A stretch of 32,000 nucleotides of DNA from Hyphomicrobiales bacterium (GCA_033764775.1 JANRIQ010000030.1:109701-141700); one strand, 5' to 3'; positions 8,314 to 18,235 are shown, numbered from the stretch's first letter. The notes: generated by a model from the letters alone, not told the origin. Made by a program: numbers and translations.

Positions 8314-8999
8314 TGGCTCATCTCCCGCGACCATGAAATTGCGTTGACGTAGATTCCGAGCGGATTGGCGCGCAGGCGCTCGGCATTGCGCGGTGGCTGG
8401 ATCACGATGGTTAGGATCGCGGTCCAGCGTTCGGTCGTGGCGAGCTGGCCGTTCTCGAAATGGCGTTCGGTCCACGCTACCCGGAAGCTGTTGGGGGATG
8501 CGCGGATGACGCTCGAGACCTCGACGGCGACTTGCTGACGGCCGACGCGGGCGAATGGATCGTTGGCGCGGGCGTAGTCGTTGAGTGCCGACGCGCCGCG
8601 ATCCGTGGTGAACTCATAGGCCCGAAGCCAATTCTGGCGGACAATGATGGCGTCGGCCGGGATCGCACGGACCTGCTCGATGAAGCGGCCGAGGTGAAAC
8701 GCGATCTGCGGATCGGTCGGCCGATAGTCGGCGTTCGCGGGCGCGACGGTCTGCGCCTGCCCGAGATTATCGACCTGAACAACCCATGGCACCACGGTCC
8801 CGCGTGCGGACTGCCACACTAGCGCCGAGGCAAAGCCGGCCGAAAGGATCAGGGAGCCGAAGGCCATGAGCCTCCAGTTCCTCGCCTGCACACGGGCCGA
8901 GCCGATGCGCTCGTCCCATACCTGCGCGGCCTTCTGATAGGGCGTCTCGGGTTCCGGCGATTTGCCGTAATGGGTTGCTGGTCGTTTGAAGATGCTCAT
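8310..8999 (-). CDS. trbF: conjugal transfer protein TrbF (VirB8-like)
   Basis: 229 aa with a single TM segment (WRLMAFGSLILSAGFASALVW). Position and sequence are typical of TrbF. Confidence 0.9.
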   Translation of the reverse strand: MSIFKRPATHYGKSPEPETPYQKAAQVWDERIGSARVQARNWRLMAFGSLILSAGFASALVWQSARGTVVPWVVQVDNLGQAQTVAPANADYRPTDPQIAFHLGRFIEQVRAIPADAIIVRQNWLRAYEFTTDRGASALNDYARANDPFARVGRQQVAVEVSSVIRASPNSFRVAWTERHFENGQLATTERWTAILTIVIQPPRNAERLRANPLGIYVNAISWSREMSQ

Positions 9000-10381
9000 G
9001 AGCGGTCACTTTCGGAAAGGTTGACGGAGGAACCGGAGCCGTGGCTGTCGCCGGAGCGGACGGCATGGGCTGTCATGGTGGTGCCGTGGTTGAGGGCCTG
9101 CCGGCGCTGCATCCGCTGCGCCCAAGCCGGGGGACCATCGGGGGAAGTTGGCGACGCGGCGGCCGGGGCGGCGCTCGCGCTGCCGACCGTGCCCATGGTC
9201 GAGCTGCCGCCAGTCGCGCCGAAGCCGGCCTTTGCGCCAGCGGAGAAGCTGGATTTGACACTTTCGCTTGCTTGCGATGTTGCGCTGGAGGCCGCGCGCT
9301 TGAGCGGCGAGATAGCGGCCGAGCCTGCGGCGCGTGCAACACCGCCGAGGCCGGAAGCGACGCCCGCCGCCCCGGTCTGGCCGAGCGAGCCAAGGCTATA
9401 GGCAGCGGTCGCCGCTCCCGCGGCTGTCGCGCCGCCGCGAACGGCCGCGGCTCCACCGGACAGGGCAGCAGCGCCGCCCTTTGCGGCAAGCATGGCACCG
9501 CCACCAGCCGCCGCACCGCCCGCAAGCACCATGCCGCCGGCAGCGAGGCCGGTTCCTACGGCCGCGCCTGCGCCGAGCTGCGGGCCACCCGAAACAATGC
9601 CGTTGGCGATACCGGGGCCGAAGATGCCGAGGCCGAGCAGCGACAGCGCAGCGAGCACAATTGCCATGGCGTCGTCGATGCTCGGGGTCTGGCCGCCGAA
9701 ACCGGCCGTGAATTGCGAAAACAAGGTGCTGCCGATGCCGATGATGACGGCGAGCACCAAAACCTTGATGCCGGAGGACACCACGTTGCCAAGCACGCGC
9801 TCGGCCATGAAGGCGGTCTTCCCGAACAGGCCGAAGGGGATCAGCACGAAGCCGGCGAGCGTGGTCAGCTTGAACTCGATCAGCGTCACGAAAAGCTGGA
9901 TGGCGAGGATGAAGAAGGCCAGCACCACCAGCGCCCATGCGAACAGCAGGCACGCGATCTGGATGAAGTTCTCGAAGAAGGCGATCCAGCCCATCAGGTC
10001 GGAAATGGAATCGAGCAGCGGGCGGCCGGCGTCGAGGCCGGTCTGCGCCACGCGGCCGGGCCGCATCAGGTCTTCGACGGAAAAGCCGGTCCCCGACGCC
10101 ATCAGGCCGAGACCGGCGAAACTCTCGAAAACGATCCGGGCGAGGTTGTTCCAGTTGGAGATGATGTAGGCGAACACCCCAACGAACAGGGTCTTCTTCA
10201 CCAGCCGGGCGATAATGTCGTCATCTGCGCCCCACGCCCAAAACAGCGCGGCAAGCGTCACGTCGATAACGATCAGGGTGGTGGCGATGAAGGCCACCTC
10301 GCCGCCGAGCAGGCCGAACCCGCTGTCGATGTAGGAGGTGAAAACCCCGAGGAAATTGTCGATGACGCCCGTATTGCCCAT
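8996..10381 (-). CDS. trbL: conjugal transfer protein TrbL (VirB6-like)
   Basis: 461 aa, polytopic membrane protein with a long Ala/Gly-rich C-terminal tail. There is an ATGA overlap with trbF. Confidence 0.9.
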   Translation of the reverse strand: MGNTGVIDNFLGVFTSYIDSGFGLLGGEVAFIATTLIVIDVTLAALFWAWGADDDIIARLVKKTLFVGVFAYIISNWNNLARIVFESFAGLGLMASGTGFSVEDLMRPGRVAQTGLDAGRPLLDSISDLMGWIAFFENFIQIACLLFAWALVVLAFFILAIQLFVTLIEFKLTTLAGFVLIPFGLFGKTAFMAERVLGNVVSSGIKVLVLAVIIGIGSTLFSQFTAGFGGQTPSIDDAMAIVLAALSLLGLGIFGPGIANGIVSGGPQLGAGAAVGTGLAAGGMVLAGGAAAGGGAMLAAKGGAAALSGGAAAVRGGATAAGAATAAYSLGSLGQTGAAGVASGLGGVARAAGSAAISPLKRAASSATSQASESVKSSFSAGAKAGFGATGGSSTMGTVGSASAAPAAASPTSPDGPPAWAQRMQRRQALNHGTTMTAHAVRSGDSHGSGSSVNLSESDRS

Positions 10382-10383
10382 GG

Positions 10384-10650
10384 TCAGCGCGCCTCGCTGC
10401 GGTCACGGCCGAGGAAGCGGTCGCGGGATTCTGCCCATGCGGCGAGGCAGTCGGTGTCACTCGCCGCCGCCTCGCCGAGCTGCTGGCAACGGCGCAGGGT
10501 TTCGCGCAGGGGATCGGTCGGCGGCTGGAAGGCCGGCGCTGGGGGTGGCGCGGAAGGTTCGTCCTTCCGCGCCATGTCGATTGCGGTCGCCGTGACGGCG
10601 ATGGCGACGAACACCACGGCCCCGAGCCGGGCCAGCATCTTGCCGTCCAT
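10384..10650 (-). CDS. TrbK-alt-like putative entry-exclusion protein
   Basis: 88 aa with an N-terminal TM/signal segment (LARLGAVVFVAIAVTATAI) and two Cys. It sits between trbJ and trbL, as in related elements. Confidence 0.65.
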   Translation of the reverse strand: MDGKMLARLGAVVFVAIAVTATAIDMARKDEPSAPPPAPAFQPPTDPLRETLRRCQQLGEAAASDTDCLAAWAESRDRFLGRDRSEAR

Positions 10651-10664
10651 GGCGAGCCTCCCGG

Positions 10665-11438
10665 TCAGTTGTTGCCGTTGTTGAACATTTGCGCGTTGCC
10701 GGGCTGGTAGCCGCTACCGGGCGTGAGGAAGCGGCGGCGCTGCTCGCGGCCCTGTTCGGCGGCGGTGGCGCGTTCCGCTTCGGTCAGCGCGTCGGCGCGG
10801 CCGTTCGCCGAGATGACCGCGATCAGGTCGGAAAGCTGCTGCGACTGGAGTGCGAGAAGCTGGTTGCCGGCCTGCGTCGCCTGCAATGCCCCGGTCGCGC
10901 CTTGACTCTGGCCGACAAGCGCGGCCATCTCGGCGCGGTTGCTGTCGATATTGCCGACCGCCCCCGCCTGCACGCGCATCGCGTCCTGCAAGCCGCCGAC
11001 CGTGTTCTCCCAGCGCGAACGCGCATCGGCGACAAGCTGGGCGTCGGTCGCCGAAAGCGAAACATTGCCGTATCGCTGCTGGAACGCTTGGTCGATCTGC
11101 CCGACCTCGAAGGCGATGTTCTGAGCTTGGCCTAATAGCTGCTGCGTGCGCTGGACGTTCTGCTGGAGCTGCTGGAGCGAGGAATGCGGCAGGCTTGCAA
11201 GATTGCGGGCCTGATTGATGAGCATCTGCGCCTCGTTCTGGAGCGAGGTGATCTGGTTGTTGATCTGCTCCAGAGTGCGGGCGGCCGTCAGGACGTTTTG
11301 CGCGTAGTTGGACGGGTCATAGACGATCCGGCCGAAAAGCTGGGCATGGGCCGGGCTTGCCAGCATGGGCGAAAGCGCGACGGGCACGCCGAGCGACAGT
11401 GCGAGGGCCGAAGCCCCGACGATCTTGGAAAAGGTCAT
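10665..11438 (-). CDS. trbJ: conjugal transfer protein TrbJ (VirB5-like)
   Basis: ATG 11438 overlaps the trbE stop (ATGA) and gives the signal peptide MTFSKIVGASALALSLGVPVALSPMLASPAHA. The body is Gln/Ala-rich and helical. Confidence 0.85.
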   Translation of the reverse strand: MTFSKIVGASALALSLGVPVALSPMLASPAHAQLFGRIVYDPSNYAQNVLTAARTLEQINNQITSLQNEAQMLINQARNLASLPHSSLQQLQQNVQRTQQLLGQAQNIAFEVGQIDQAFQQRYGNVSLSATDAQLVADARSRWENTVGGLQDAMRVQAGAVGNIDSNRAEMAALVGQSQGATGALQATQAGNQLLALQSQQLSDLIAVISANGRADALTEAERATAAEQGREQRRRFLTPGSGYQPGNAQMFNNGNN

Positions 11439-13933
11439 GGAAGAATCTCCTGTCTGGGGTGGGTATCGAGCCGAGCCGGCGCGGCGGATTCCGGCCGGTC
11501 GGCAAGATTGGTGAGGTTCGGGATCAGGTCGGCCGCCCAATCGACGCCGCGCTCGCGCAGCCATGCGGCTAGGAAACCGTCGCGGCCGTGTTGGGCGACG
11601 ATCTGCGCAATGAGCGTCTGGTCGGATTTGGCGGATGCGGCGCAGAGCGCGAGGCCGACTTCGGACAGGCCAAGCTCGAACAGGCGATTGCCCCTGCGGC
11701 TTTGGCAGTAATAATCCCGCTTGGGCGTAGCCCGTGCGAGGATTTCGATCTGCCGGTCATTGAGGCCGAAGCGGCGATAGATGGTCGTAATCTGCGGTTC
11801 GATGGCGCGCTCGTTCGGCAGCAAGAGCCGCGTCGGGCAGCTCTCGATGATGGCCGGCGCGATGTTGCTGCCGTCAATGTCGGACAGGCTTTGCGTGGCG
11901 AAGATGACGCTGGCGTTCTTCTTGCGGAGCGTTTTCAGCCATTCGCGGAGCTGGCCGGCGAAACCCTCGTCGTCCAGCGCAAGCCAGCCCTCGTCGATGA
12001 TGAGCAGCGTCGGCCGCCCGTCGAGCCGGTCGCCGATGCGATGGAACAGATAGGCGAGCACGGCGGGAGCCGCGCCGGTCCCGACAAGGCCCTCGATCTC
12101 GAACGCCTGCACGTCCGCCGATCCCAAATGCTCCGTCTCGGCGTCGAGCAGCCGGCCATAGGCACCGCCGACGCAGAACGGCCGGAGCGCCTGTTTCAGA
12201 TCGTTGGATTGCAACAGCACCGCAAGGCCGGTGATGGTGCGTTCCTCGACCGGCGCGGAGGCGAGCGAAGTCAGCGCCGTCCAAAGATGCTCTTTGACCT
12301 CGGGGGTGATGGCGATCCCCTCACGCATGAGGATGGCCGCAATCCAGTCCGCCGCCCATGCGCGTTCATAGGTGTCATGGATGCGGGAAAGCGGCTGGAG
12401 CGAGACGGACGCCTCGGCCCCTTCTGTCAGCCCGCCGCCAAGGTCGTGCCAGTCGCCGCCCATGGCGAGCGAGGCGGCGCGGATCGAACCGCCGAAGTCG
12501 AAGGCGAAGACTTGGCTAGCCTCATAGCGGCGGAACTGGAGCGCCATGAGCGCCAGCAGCACGGATTTGCCTGCGCCCGTGGGGCCGACGACAAGGCTGT
12601 GGCCTACGTCGCCGACATGGAGGGAAAACCGGAACGGGGTAGAGCCTTCGGTCTTGGCATAGAGCAAAGGGGGCGCACCGAAATGCTCGTCCCGTTCCGG
12701 CCCCGCCCACACCGCCGATAGCGGGATCATGTGGGCGAGATTCAAAGTGCTGATGGGCGGTTGCCGCACGTTCGCGTAGGCATGGCCCGGCAGCGAGCCG
12801 AGCCATGCGTCAACTGCGTTGACGGTCTCGGCCATGGCGGTGAAGTCACGGCCCTGAACGATCTTCTCGACCAGGCGCAGCTTCTCGTCGGCAAGGCGCG
12901 GGTCTGCATCCCATACGGTGACGGTCGCCGTGACGTAGGCCATGCCCGCCACGTCCGCCCCGAGTTCCTGCAACGCCATGTCGGCGTCGAGCGCCTTGTT
13001 GGCGGCGTCGGTGTCCACGAGGGCGGACGCCTCGTTGGTCATCACCTCTTTCAGAATCGCGGCGATGCTCTTGCGCTTGGCGAACCATTGCCGCCTGATC
13101 TTGGTGAGCAGCCGGGTCGCATCTGTCTTGTCGAGCAGGATCGCCCGTGTGCTCCACCTGTAGGGGAACGGCAGCCGGTTCATGTCGTCCAGCAGGCCGG
13201 GCGTCGTCGCGGTCGGGAATCCCACGATGGTCAGCACGCGCAGATGCGCGTCGCCAAGGCGCGGCTCCAGCCCGCCGGTCAACGGCTGGTCGGCGAGCAG
13301 CGCGTCGAGGTGCATCGGCACCTCGGGCACGCGGACGCGATGCCGGCTGGTCGAGATGGTGGAATGGAGATAGGTGAGCGTCGCGCCGTCATCCAACCAA
13401 CGGCACTCGGGCATGAAGCCGTCGAGCAAGGCCAGCACGCGGTCGGTGCGGTCGATGAAACCGCGCAGCAGCTCCCACGGGTCAACGCCCGTCTTCTCGC
13501 GGCCCTCGTAGAGCCATGTTTCGGCGCGGGCGGCTTCCTCGGCCGGGGGCAGATAGAGGAAGGTGAGGAAGTAGCCGGACACGAAATGCGTGCCCGCTTC
13601 CTCGAAACCGGCTTTCCGTTCTGCATCGACCAGCGCCGACGCGGGATCGGGAAAGGTGCTGTCGGGATAGGTCGCGGCCTCGCTGCGCTGCGCCTCGACA
13701 AAGACGCTCCAGCCGGAGCCGAGGCGGCGCACGGCGTTGTTGATGCGGGCGGCGACGGCGACCAGCTCGGCGGCGACGGCGGAATCCAGATCGGGACCGC
13801 GAAACTTCGCGGTGCGCTGGAACGAACCGTCCTTGTTCAAGACAACGCCCGAGCCGACCAATGCCGCCCATGGCAAATAGTCGGCAAGCCGGGTGGCGGT
13901 GCGGCGGTATTCGGCAAGGTTCATCATGGCCAC
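11435..13933 (-). CDS. trbE: conjugal transfer ATPase TrbE (VirB4-like)
   Basis: 832 aa with N-terminus MMNLAEYR, Walker A GPTGAGKS and Walker B LLIIDEGW. Confidence 0.95.
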   Translation of the reverse strand: MAMMNLAEYRRTATRLADYLPWAALVGSGVVLNKDGSFQRTAKFRGPDLDSAVAAELVAVAARINNAVRRLGSGWSVFVEAQRSEAATYPDSTFPDPASALVDAERKAGFEEAGTHFVSGYFLTFLYLPPAEEAARAETWLYEGREKTGVDPWELLRGFIDRTDRVLALLDGFMPECRWLDDGATLTYLHSTISTSRHRVRVPEVPMHLDALLADQPLTGGLEPRLGDAHLRVLTIVGFPTATTPGLLDDMNRLPFPYRWSTRAILLDKTDATRLLTKIRRQWFAKRKSIAAILKEVMTNEASALVDTDAANKALDADMALQELGADVAGMAYVTATVTVWDADPRLADEKLRLVEKIVQGRDFTAMAETVNAVDAWLGSLPGHAYANVRQPPISTLNLAHMIPLSAVWAGPERDEHFGAPPLLYAKTEGSTPFRFSLHVGDVGHSLVVGPTGAGKSVLLALMALQFRRYEASQVFAFDFGGSIRAASLAMGGDWHDLGGGLTEGAEASVSLQPLSRIHDTYERAWAADWIAAILMREGIAITPEVKEHLWTALTSLASAPVEERTITGLAVLLQSNDLKQALRPFCVGGAYGRLLDAETEHLGSADVQAFEIEGLVGTGAAPAVLAYLFHRIGDRLDGRPTLLIIDEGWLALDDEGFAGQLREWLKTLRKKNASVIFATQSLSDIDGSNIAPAIIESCPTRLLLPNERAIEPQITTIYRRFGLNDRQIEILARATPKRDYYCQSRRGNRLFELGLSEVGLALCAASAKSDQTLIAQIVAQHGRDGFLAAWLRERGVDWAADLIPNLTNLADRPESAAPARLDTHPRQEILP

Positions 13934-13937
13934 GCCC

Positions 13938-14222
13938 TCACACCGCCAGATGGCCGGGGATGCGGATATGCCGCCGCCCGACCTCGACGAATTGGGGATC
14001 GCGCTTGGCCGCCCATACGGCCGCGAAATGGCCGATGGCCCATATGGCTAGGCCGACAAGCCAGAGGCGCAGGCCGAGGCCCACGGCCCCGGCTAGCGTG
14101 CCGTTCATGATGGCGATGGCGCGCGGTGCGCCGCCGAGCAAAATATGCTCGGTCAGCGCCCGGTGGACCGGGATTGAAAATCCCGGCACCGCGTCGAGTT
14201 GTTCGAGGCCGGCCCCCATCAA
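13938..14222 (-). CDS. trbD: conjugal transfer protein TrbD (VirB3-like)
   Basis: 94 aa, a two-TM small protein between trbC and trbE. Its start overlaps the trbC stop. Confidence 0.85.
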   Translation of the reverse strand: MMGAGLEQLDAVPGFSIPVHRALTEHILLGGAPRAIAIMNGTLAGAVGLGLRLWLVGLAIWAIGHFAAVWAAKRDPQFVEVGRRHIRIPGHLAV

Positions 14223-14551
14223 ACGAGCGCCCCGCCGCCGAACGAGAAGAACGACAGGAAGAAGCTCGACGCGGCGAAGGCAATAGACAGGCCGAATACG
14301 ATCTGGATCAGTCGGCGGAAGCCGCCGGACGTATCGCCGAAGGCGAGCGTCAGGCCGGTCACGATGATGATGATGACGGCGATGATCTTGGCGACCGGCC
14401 CCTCAATGGACTGGAGGATTTGCTGCAAGGGCTGTTCCCATGGCATCGACGAACCGGACGCATGGGCTGCCGGGGCGAGCATGAGGCTGATGGCAAGGGT
14501 GGATGCGGCGGTCGCGGCGAAGCGATAGCCGCGCGAAAGGGTGCGGATCAT
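14219..14551 (-). CDS. trbC: TrbC pilin precursor (VirB2-like)
   Basis: 110 aa with a signal peptide ending AHASG, followed by two hydrophobic helices typical of T-pilin. Confidence 0.85.
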   Translation of the reverse strand: MIRTLSRGYRFAATAASTLAISLMLAPAAHASGSSMPWEQPLQQILQSIEGPVAKIIAVIIIIVTGLTLAFGDTSGGFRRLIQIVFGLSIAFAASSFFLSFFSFGGGALV

Positions 14552-15531
14552 GAAGGTTCTCCTGTGCTGGTGGGGATTGCGGGGGTGATGCGGTAATCGC
14601 CGCCCGGCCCTAGCCCCTCGACGCGGGCAAGCTCGGCCAGCCGGCGCGCGGAGCCGCGCCCGGAAAGGACCGCAACAAGGTCGATGGTCTCGGCGATCAG
14701 GGCGCGCGGGACGGTGACGACAGCCTCTTGGATGAGTTGCTCAAGGCGACGTAGCGCGCCGATGCCGGTGCCGGCATGGATAGTGCCGATGCCGCCGGGG
14801 TGTCCCGTGCCCCATGCTTTCAAAAGGTCGAGGGCTTCCGAGCCGCGCACTTCGCCGATGGGGATGCGATCCGGGCGCAGGCGCAGCGAGGATCGGACCA
14901 GATCGGAAAGCGTCGCCACGCCGTCTTTCGTCCGCATGGCGACAAGGTTGGGCGCGGCGCATTGCAGCTCGCGCGTGTCCTCGATGATGACGACGCGATC
15001 CGCCGTCTTCGCCACCTCGGCGAGTAGAGCGTTGGTCAGGGTGGTCTTGCCGGTGCTGGTGCCGCCAGCGACAAGGATGTTCGCGCGGGAGGAAACGGCT
15101 GCGCATAGCGTCGCGGCCTGATCGGCGGACATGATGCCGGCGGCCACGTAATCGTCGAGCGTGAACACCGCGACGGCCGGCTTACGGATGGCAAAAGTCG
15201 GGGCGGCGACCACGGGCGGCAGCAATCCCTCGAACCGTTCGCCGGACTCCGGCAGCTCGGCCGAGACACGGGGGCTGCGTGGATGCACCTCCGCGCCGAC
15301 ATGGTGCGCGACCAGCCGCACGATGCGTTCGCCATCGGCGGCGGACAGGCGCTCGCCTGTATCGGACAGCCCTTCGGAGAGTCGGTCGATCCACAACCGC
15401 CCGTCCGGGTTCAACATCACCTCGACTACGGCCGGGTCTTCGAGCAGCCGGGCAATCGCGGGACCGAGCGCGGTGCGCAACATGCGTGCGCCGCGTGCAA
15501 TGGCTTCCGGTCTTTGGTGGTTGGTGGTCAT
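14548..15531 (-). CDS. trbB: conjugal transfer ATPase TrbB (VirB11-like)
   Basis: Walker [10 protein letters not shown] and a VirB11-type N-terminus (MLRTALGP...[16 protein letters not shown]). ATG 15531 is preferred. A TTG at 15567 is an alternative start. Confidence 0.9.
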   Translation of the reverse strand: MTTNHQRPEAIARGARMLRTALGPAIARLLEDPAVVEVMLNPDGRLWIDRLSEGLSDTGERLSAADGERIVRLVAHHVGAEVHPRSPRVSAELPESGERFEGLLPPVVAAPTFAIRKPAVAVFTLDDYVAAGIMSADQAATLCAAVSSRANILVAGGTSTGKTTLTNALLAEVAKTADRVVIIEDTRELQCAAPNLVAMRTKDGVATLSDLVRSSLRLRPDRIPIGEVRGSEALDLLKAWGTGHPGGIGTIHAGTGIGALRRLEQLIQEAVVTVPRALIAETIDLVAVLSGRGSARRLAELARVEGLGPGGDYRITPAIPTSTGEPS

Positions 15532-15637
15532 GTCGGCCCCGGCTTCTGGTGGGGACGCGACAGGCAATCCCCGGATCGGGGTCGATTAAGAGAGGCCGAA
15601 ATCCGGTCGGTTCAACAAGTATCTAAGTGCGTGCGGT

Positions 15638-15668
15638 GATCGGCGGCTATCGGCGGTAAATAGGATGG
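15638..15668 (-). promoter_or_regulatory. conserved box upstream of trbB (tandem TCGGCGG half-sites plus a 22-nt box shared with traG upstream)
   Basis: 15647-15668 (CTATCGGCGGTAAATAGGATGG) matches 18236-18257 (CTATCGGCGGCAAATAGGACGG) at 20/22 positions. A second TCGGCGG lies 10 nt away, at 15640-15646. Confidence 0.35.
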
Positions 15669-15678
15669 TTCTGAATAC

Positions 15679-16140
15679 TTACTCTTGATCGTCTCTAGTC
15701 TGCGTCTCGTCTGGTGACGGCTCGTCGTGGAGCGAGTCGAGGTCGCGTGACAGCTCTTTGAGGAACCTGTCGCCCGTCGCCAGTCGCTTGCCGAGGGTCT
15801 GCATGAAGCCCTCGAAGCGTTCCGCGCCTTTCGCGCGGGCAGCGGATTGCGCGGCTCCTGAAAGCGGCGGCGTGAGGGTCATCCAGAAATGGATGAACTG
15901 CGCTACCGTCTCGCCGAGAACGGAAAGGTCCATGTCGAGCGTGTCGAACTGGCGACCGAGCTTGTCCAGTCGGCGCGACATGGCGGCTTCAAGCTGATCG
16001 GCGGAATCGCCGGACAGGTAGGACATGACGGCCGCCTCCACGATGGCGGATTTCGAGACCTTGCGGCGCAGCGCCAGCGACTCGATCTGCGGCATGAGTG
16101 CGGGGTCGAAATAGAGATTCAGGCGGGTTCTGGTTGCCAT
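15679..16140 (-). CDS. ribbon-helix-helix (CopG-like) protein between traG and trbB
   Basis: ATG 16140, with GAGGA 8 nt upstream, gives MATRTRLNLYFDPALMPQIESLALRRKVSKSAIVEAAVMSYL. This is an RHH beta-strand/helix pattern. Confidence 0.75.
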   Translation of the reverse strand: MATRTRLNLYFDPALMPQIESLALRRKVSKSAIVEAAVMSYLSGDSADQLEAAMSRRLDKLGRQFDTLDMDLSVLGETVAQFIHFWMTLTPPLSGAAQSAARAKGAERFEGFMQTLGKRLATGDRFLKELSRDLDSLHDEPSPDETQTRDDQE

Positions 16141-16150
16141 GGACGTGTCC

Positions 16151-18139
16151 TCAAAGGTCGATTCCGTCATCGGGGTTCATGGAAACCTGCCGCGCCACCA
16201 TCCTCATGCGCTGGCGCATGGCGCGGGCCTTGGCCGCGTCAACGTCCGGCTCGTCGTCCAGAAGCTCGAACTCCTGTTCGGGCGATGGCGGCGGGGCGAT
16301 AATTTCCTCGTGCTCGGGCAATTCCGGCTCGCGGCGGATGCCGGCATTGGCCGGATCGCCCTCGGCCCCGTTTCCGGCGTCTGTCGCGGAACGGCCATTC
16401 GCCGCAACCACACGGCCGGACCAGTCATCGGTCGATGGGCCGGGCGCCAACGGAGCGGCGACAGGGTTGGGCGGGGTCAGGATGCGTTCCTGAAACCGGC
16501 CGTCCTCATAGTAGCGGGCCTTGGTCGCCCGGATCGGCGGTGTGCCCGCGACCATGACGATTTCATCGGTCGGCGGAAGCTGCATGATTTCGCCGGGCGT
16601 CATCAGCGGGCGCGCGGTCTCTTGGCGCGACACCATGAGATGCCCAAGCCACGGCGCGAGGCGATGACCGGCATAGTTCGTGGAATCGCGCAGCTCGGTC
16701 GCGGTGCCGAGCGCGTCGCTCACTCGCTTGGCGGTGCGCTCGTCGTTCGTGGCGAAGCTTACGCGGACATGGCAATTGTCGAGGATCGCGTTGTTCGGCC
16801 CATAGGCCCGCTCGATCTGGTTGAGGCTCTGCGCGATCAGGAAGCCCTTGAGGCCGTAGCCCGCCATAAAGGCCAAGGCGGACTCGAAAAAATCCAACCG
16901 GCCGAGCGCGGGAAACTCGTCCAGCATCAACAGCAAGCGATGGCGCTTGCCGGAGGTGGTCAATTCCTCGGTCAACCGTCTGCCGATCTGGTTGAGAATC
17001 AGGCGGATCAGCGGCTTGGTGCGGTTTATGTCGGATGGTGGCACGACCAGATAGAGCGTGGCGGGCTGGCGGCTGCCGACCAGATCGGCAATGCGCCAGT
17101 CGCATCGTGCCGTCACCCGCGCCACCACTGGATCGCGGTAGAGGCCAAGGAACGACATGGCGGTGGAGAGCACCCCGCTTCGTTCGTTCTCGGACTTGTT
17201 CAATAGCTCTCGGGCCGAAGACGCGATGACGGGATGAACGCCCGCTTCGCCGAGATGCGGTGTGTCCATCATCGCGCGCAAGGTCGCTTCCACCGGGCGG
17301 CGGGGGTCGGACAGGAAGTTGGCGACGCCCGCCAGCGTCTTGTCCTTTTCCGCGTAGAGGACATGCAGGATCGCGCCGACAAGCAGGCTATGGCTGGTCT
17401 TTTCCCAATGATTGCGCTTGTCGAGGCTGCCTTCGGGATCGACCAGAATATCCGCGATATTCTGCACGTCGCGGACTTCCCATTCGCCTTGGCGGACCTC
17501 CAGCAGCGGATTGTAGGCGGACGACTTTGCGTTGGTCGGATCAAACAGCAGGACACGGCCATGCTTCGCGCGAAAGCCCGCTGTTAGAGTCCAGTTCTCG
17601 CCTTTTATGTCGTGGACAATGGCGGATGCGGGCCATGTCAGCAGCGTCGGCACTACCAGCCCGACGCCCTTGCCGCTGCGGGTCGGGGCGAAGCACAGGA
17701 CATGCTCGGGGCCGTCATGGCGCAGATAGTCCCGGTCGTATCGGCCGAGCACGACGCCATCGGGGCCGAGCAATCCGGCGGCGCGGATTTCCCGGTCCTC
17801 GGCCCATCGCGCCGATCCGTAGGTGGCGACGTTGCGCGCCTCCCGCGCCCGGATGATCGACATGAAGATCGCGGCAGCGATAGCGATGAAACCGCCGGAC
17901 GTTGCGATGATCGCGCCCTCGACGAAGATCGCAGGCGCATAGGCGTCGAACGAAAACCACCACCAGAAGAAGGCCGGCGGATAATAGACCGGCAAGCCGG
18001 CCGGCTCGAACCACGGGTTGCCGAGTTGGGGCTGAAAGCCGAGACGGAAGGCAACCCATTGCGTTGCCGCCCACGTCATCACCAGAACGATGGTGAAGAC
18101 GACGACGATCTGACCCCAAAGGATTCGGCCTCCGCGCAA
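16151..18139 (-). CDS. traG: type IV coupling protein TraG (VirD4-like)
   Basis: 662 aa with N-terminal TM helices (ILWGQIVVVFTIVLV...), Walker A-like PTRSGKGVGLVVP and Walker B LLLMLDEF. TTG start at 18139 with GGAG 6 nt upstream. Confidence 0.95.
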   Translation of the reverse strand: MRGGRILWGQIVVVFTIVLVMTWAATQWVAFRLGFQPQLGNPWFEPAGLPVYYPPAFFWWWFSFDAYAPAIFVEGAIIATSGGFIAIAAAIFMSIIRAREARNVATYGSARWAEDREIRAAGLLGPDGVVLGRYDRDYLRHDGPEHVLCFAPTRSGKGVGLVVPTLLTWPASAIVHDIKGENWTLTAGFRAKHGRVLLFDPTNAKSSAYNPLLEVRQGEWEVRDVQNIADILVDPEGSLDKRNHWEKTSHSLLVGAILHVLYAEKDKTLAGVANFLSDPRRPVEATLRAMMDTPHLGEAGVHPVIASSARELLNKSENERSGVLSTAMSFLGLYRDPVVARVTARCDWRIADLVGSRQPATLYLVVPPSDINRTKPLIRLILNQIGRRLTEELTTSGKRHRLLLMLDEFPALGRLDFFESALAFMAGYGLKGFLIAQSLNQIERAYGPNNAILDNCHVRVSFATNDERTAKRVSDALGTATELRDSTNYAGHRLAPWLGHLMVSRQETARPLMTPGEIMQLPPTDEIVMVAGTPPIRATKARYYEDGRFQERILTPPNPVAAPLAPGPSTDDWSGRVVAANGRSATDAGNGAEGDPANAGIRREPELPEHEEIIAPPPSPEQEFELLDDEPDVDAAKARAMRQRMRMVARQVSMNPDDGIDL

Positions 18140-18235
18140 TGCAGGCTCCAGTCGGCAAAAGAGACGGAGCCGATCAGAGAGTGGGCAAAATCAGGATGGG
18201 CAATAGGAAAGAGGGTGCCGGAGTGCTGCCGGATA

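Noticed and set aside
9041-10684. 547-aa plus-strand ORF antisense to trbL/trbK-alt. The same applies to similar long alternate-frame ORFs (3677..4894, 12731..14110, 16139..17206, 1392..2579, 11588..12721, 20665..21537, 29906..30655).
   Set aside because: All are Arg/Ala/Gly/Pro-rich with no domain-like sequence, and all overlap confidently recognised genes. This is the typical stop-codon-poor alternate-frame artefact of high-GC DNA.
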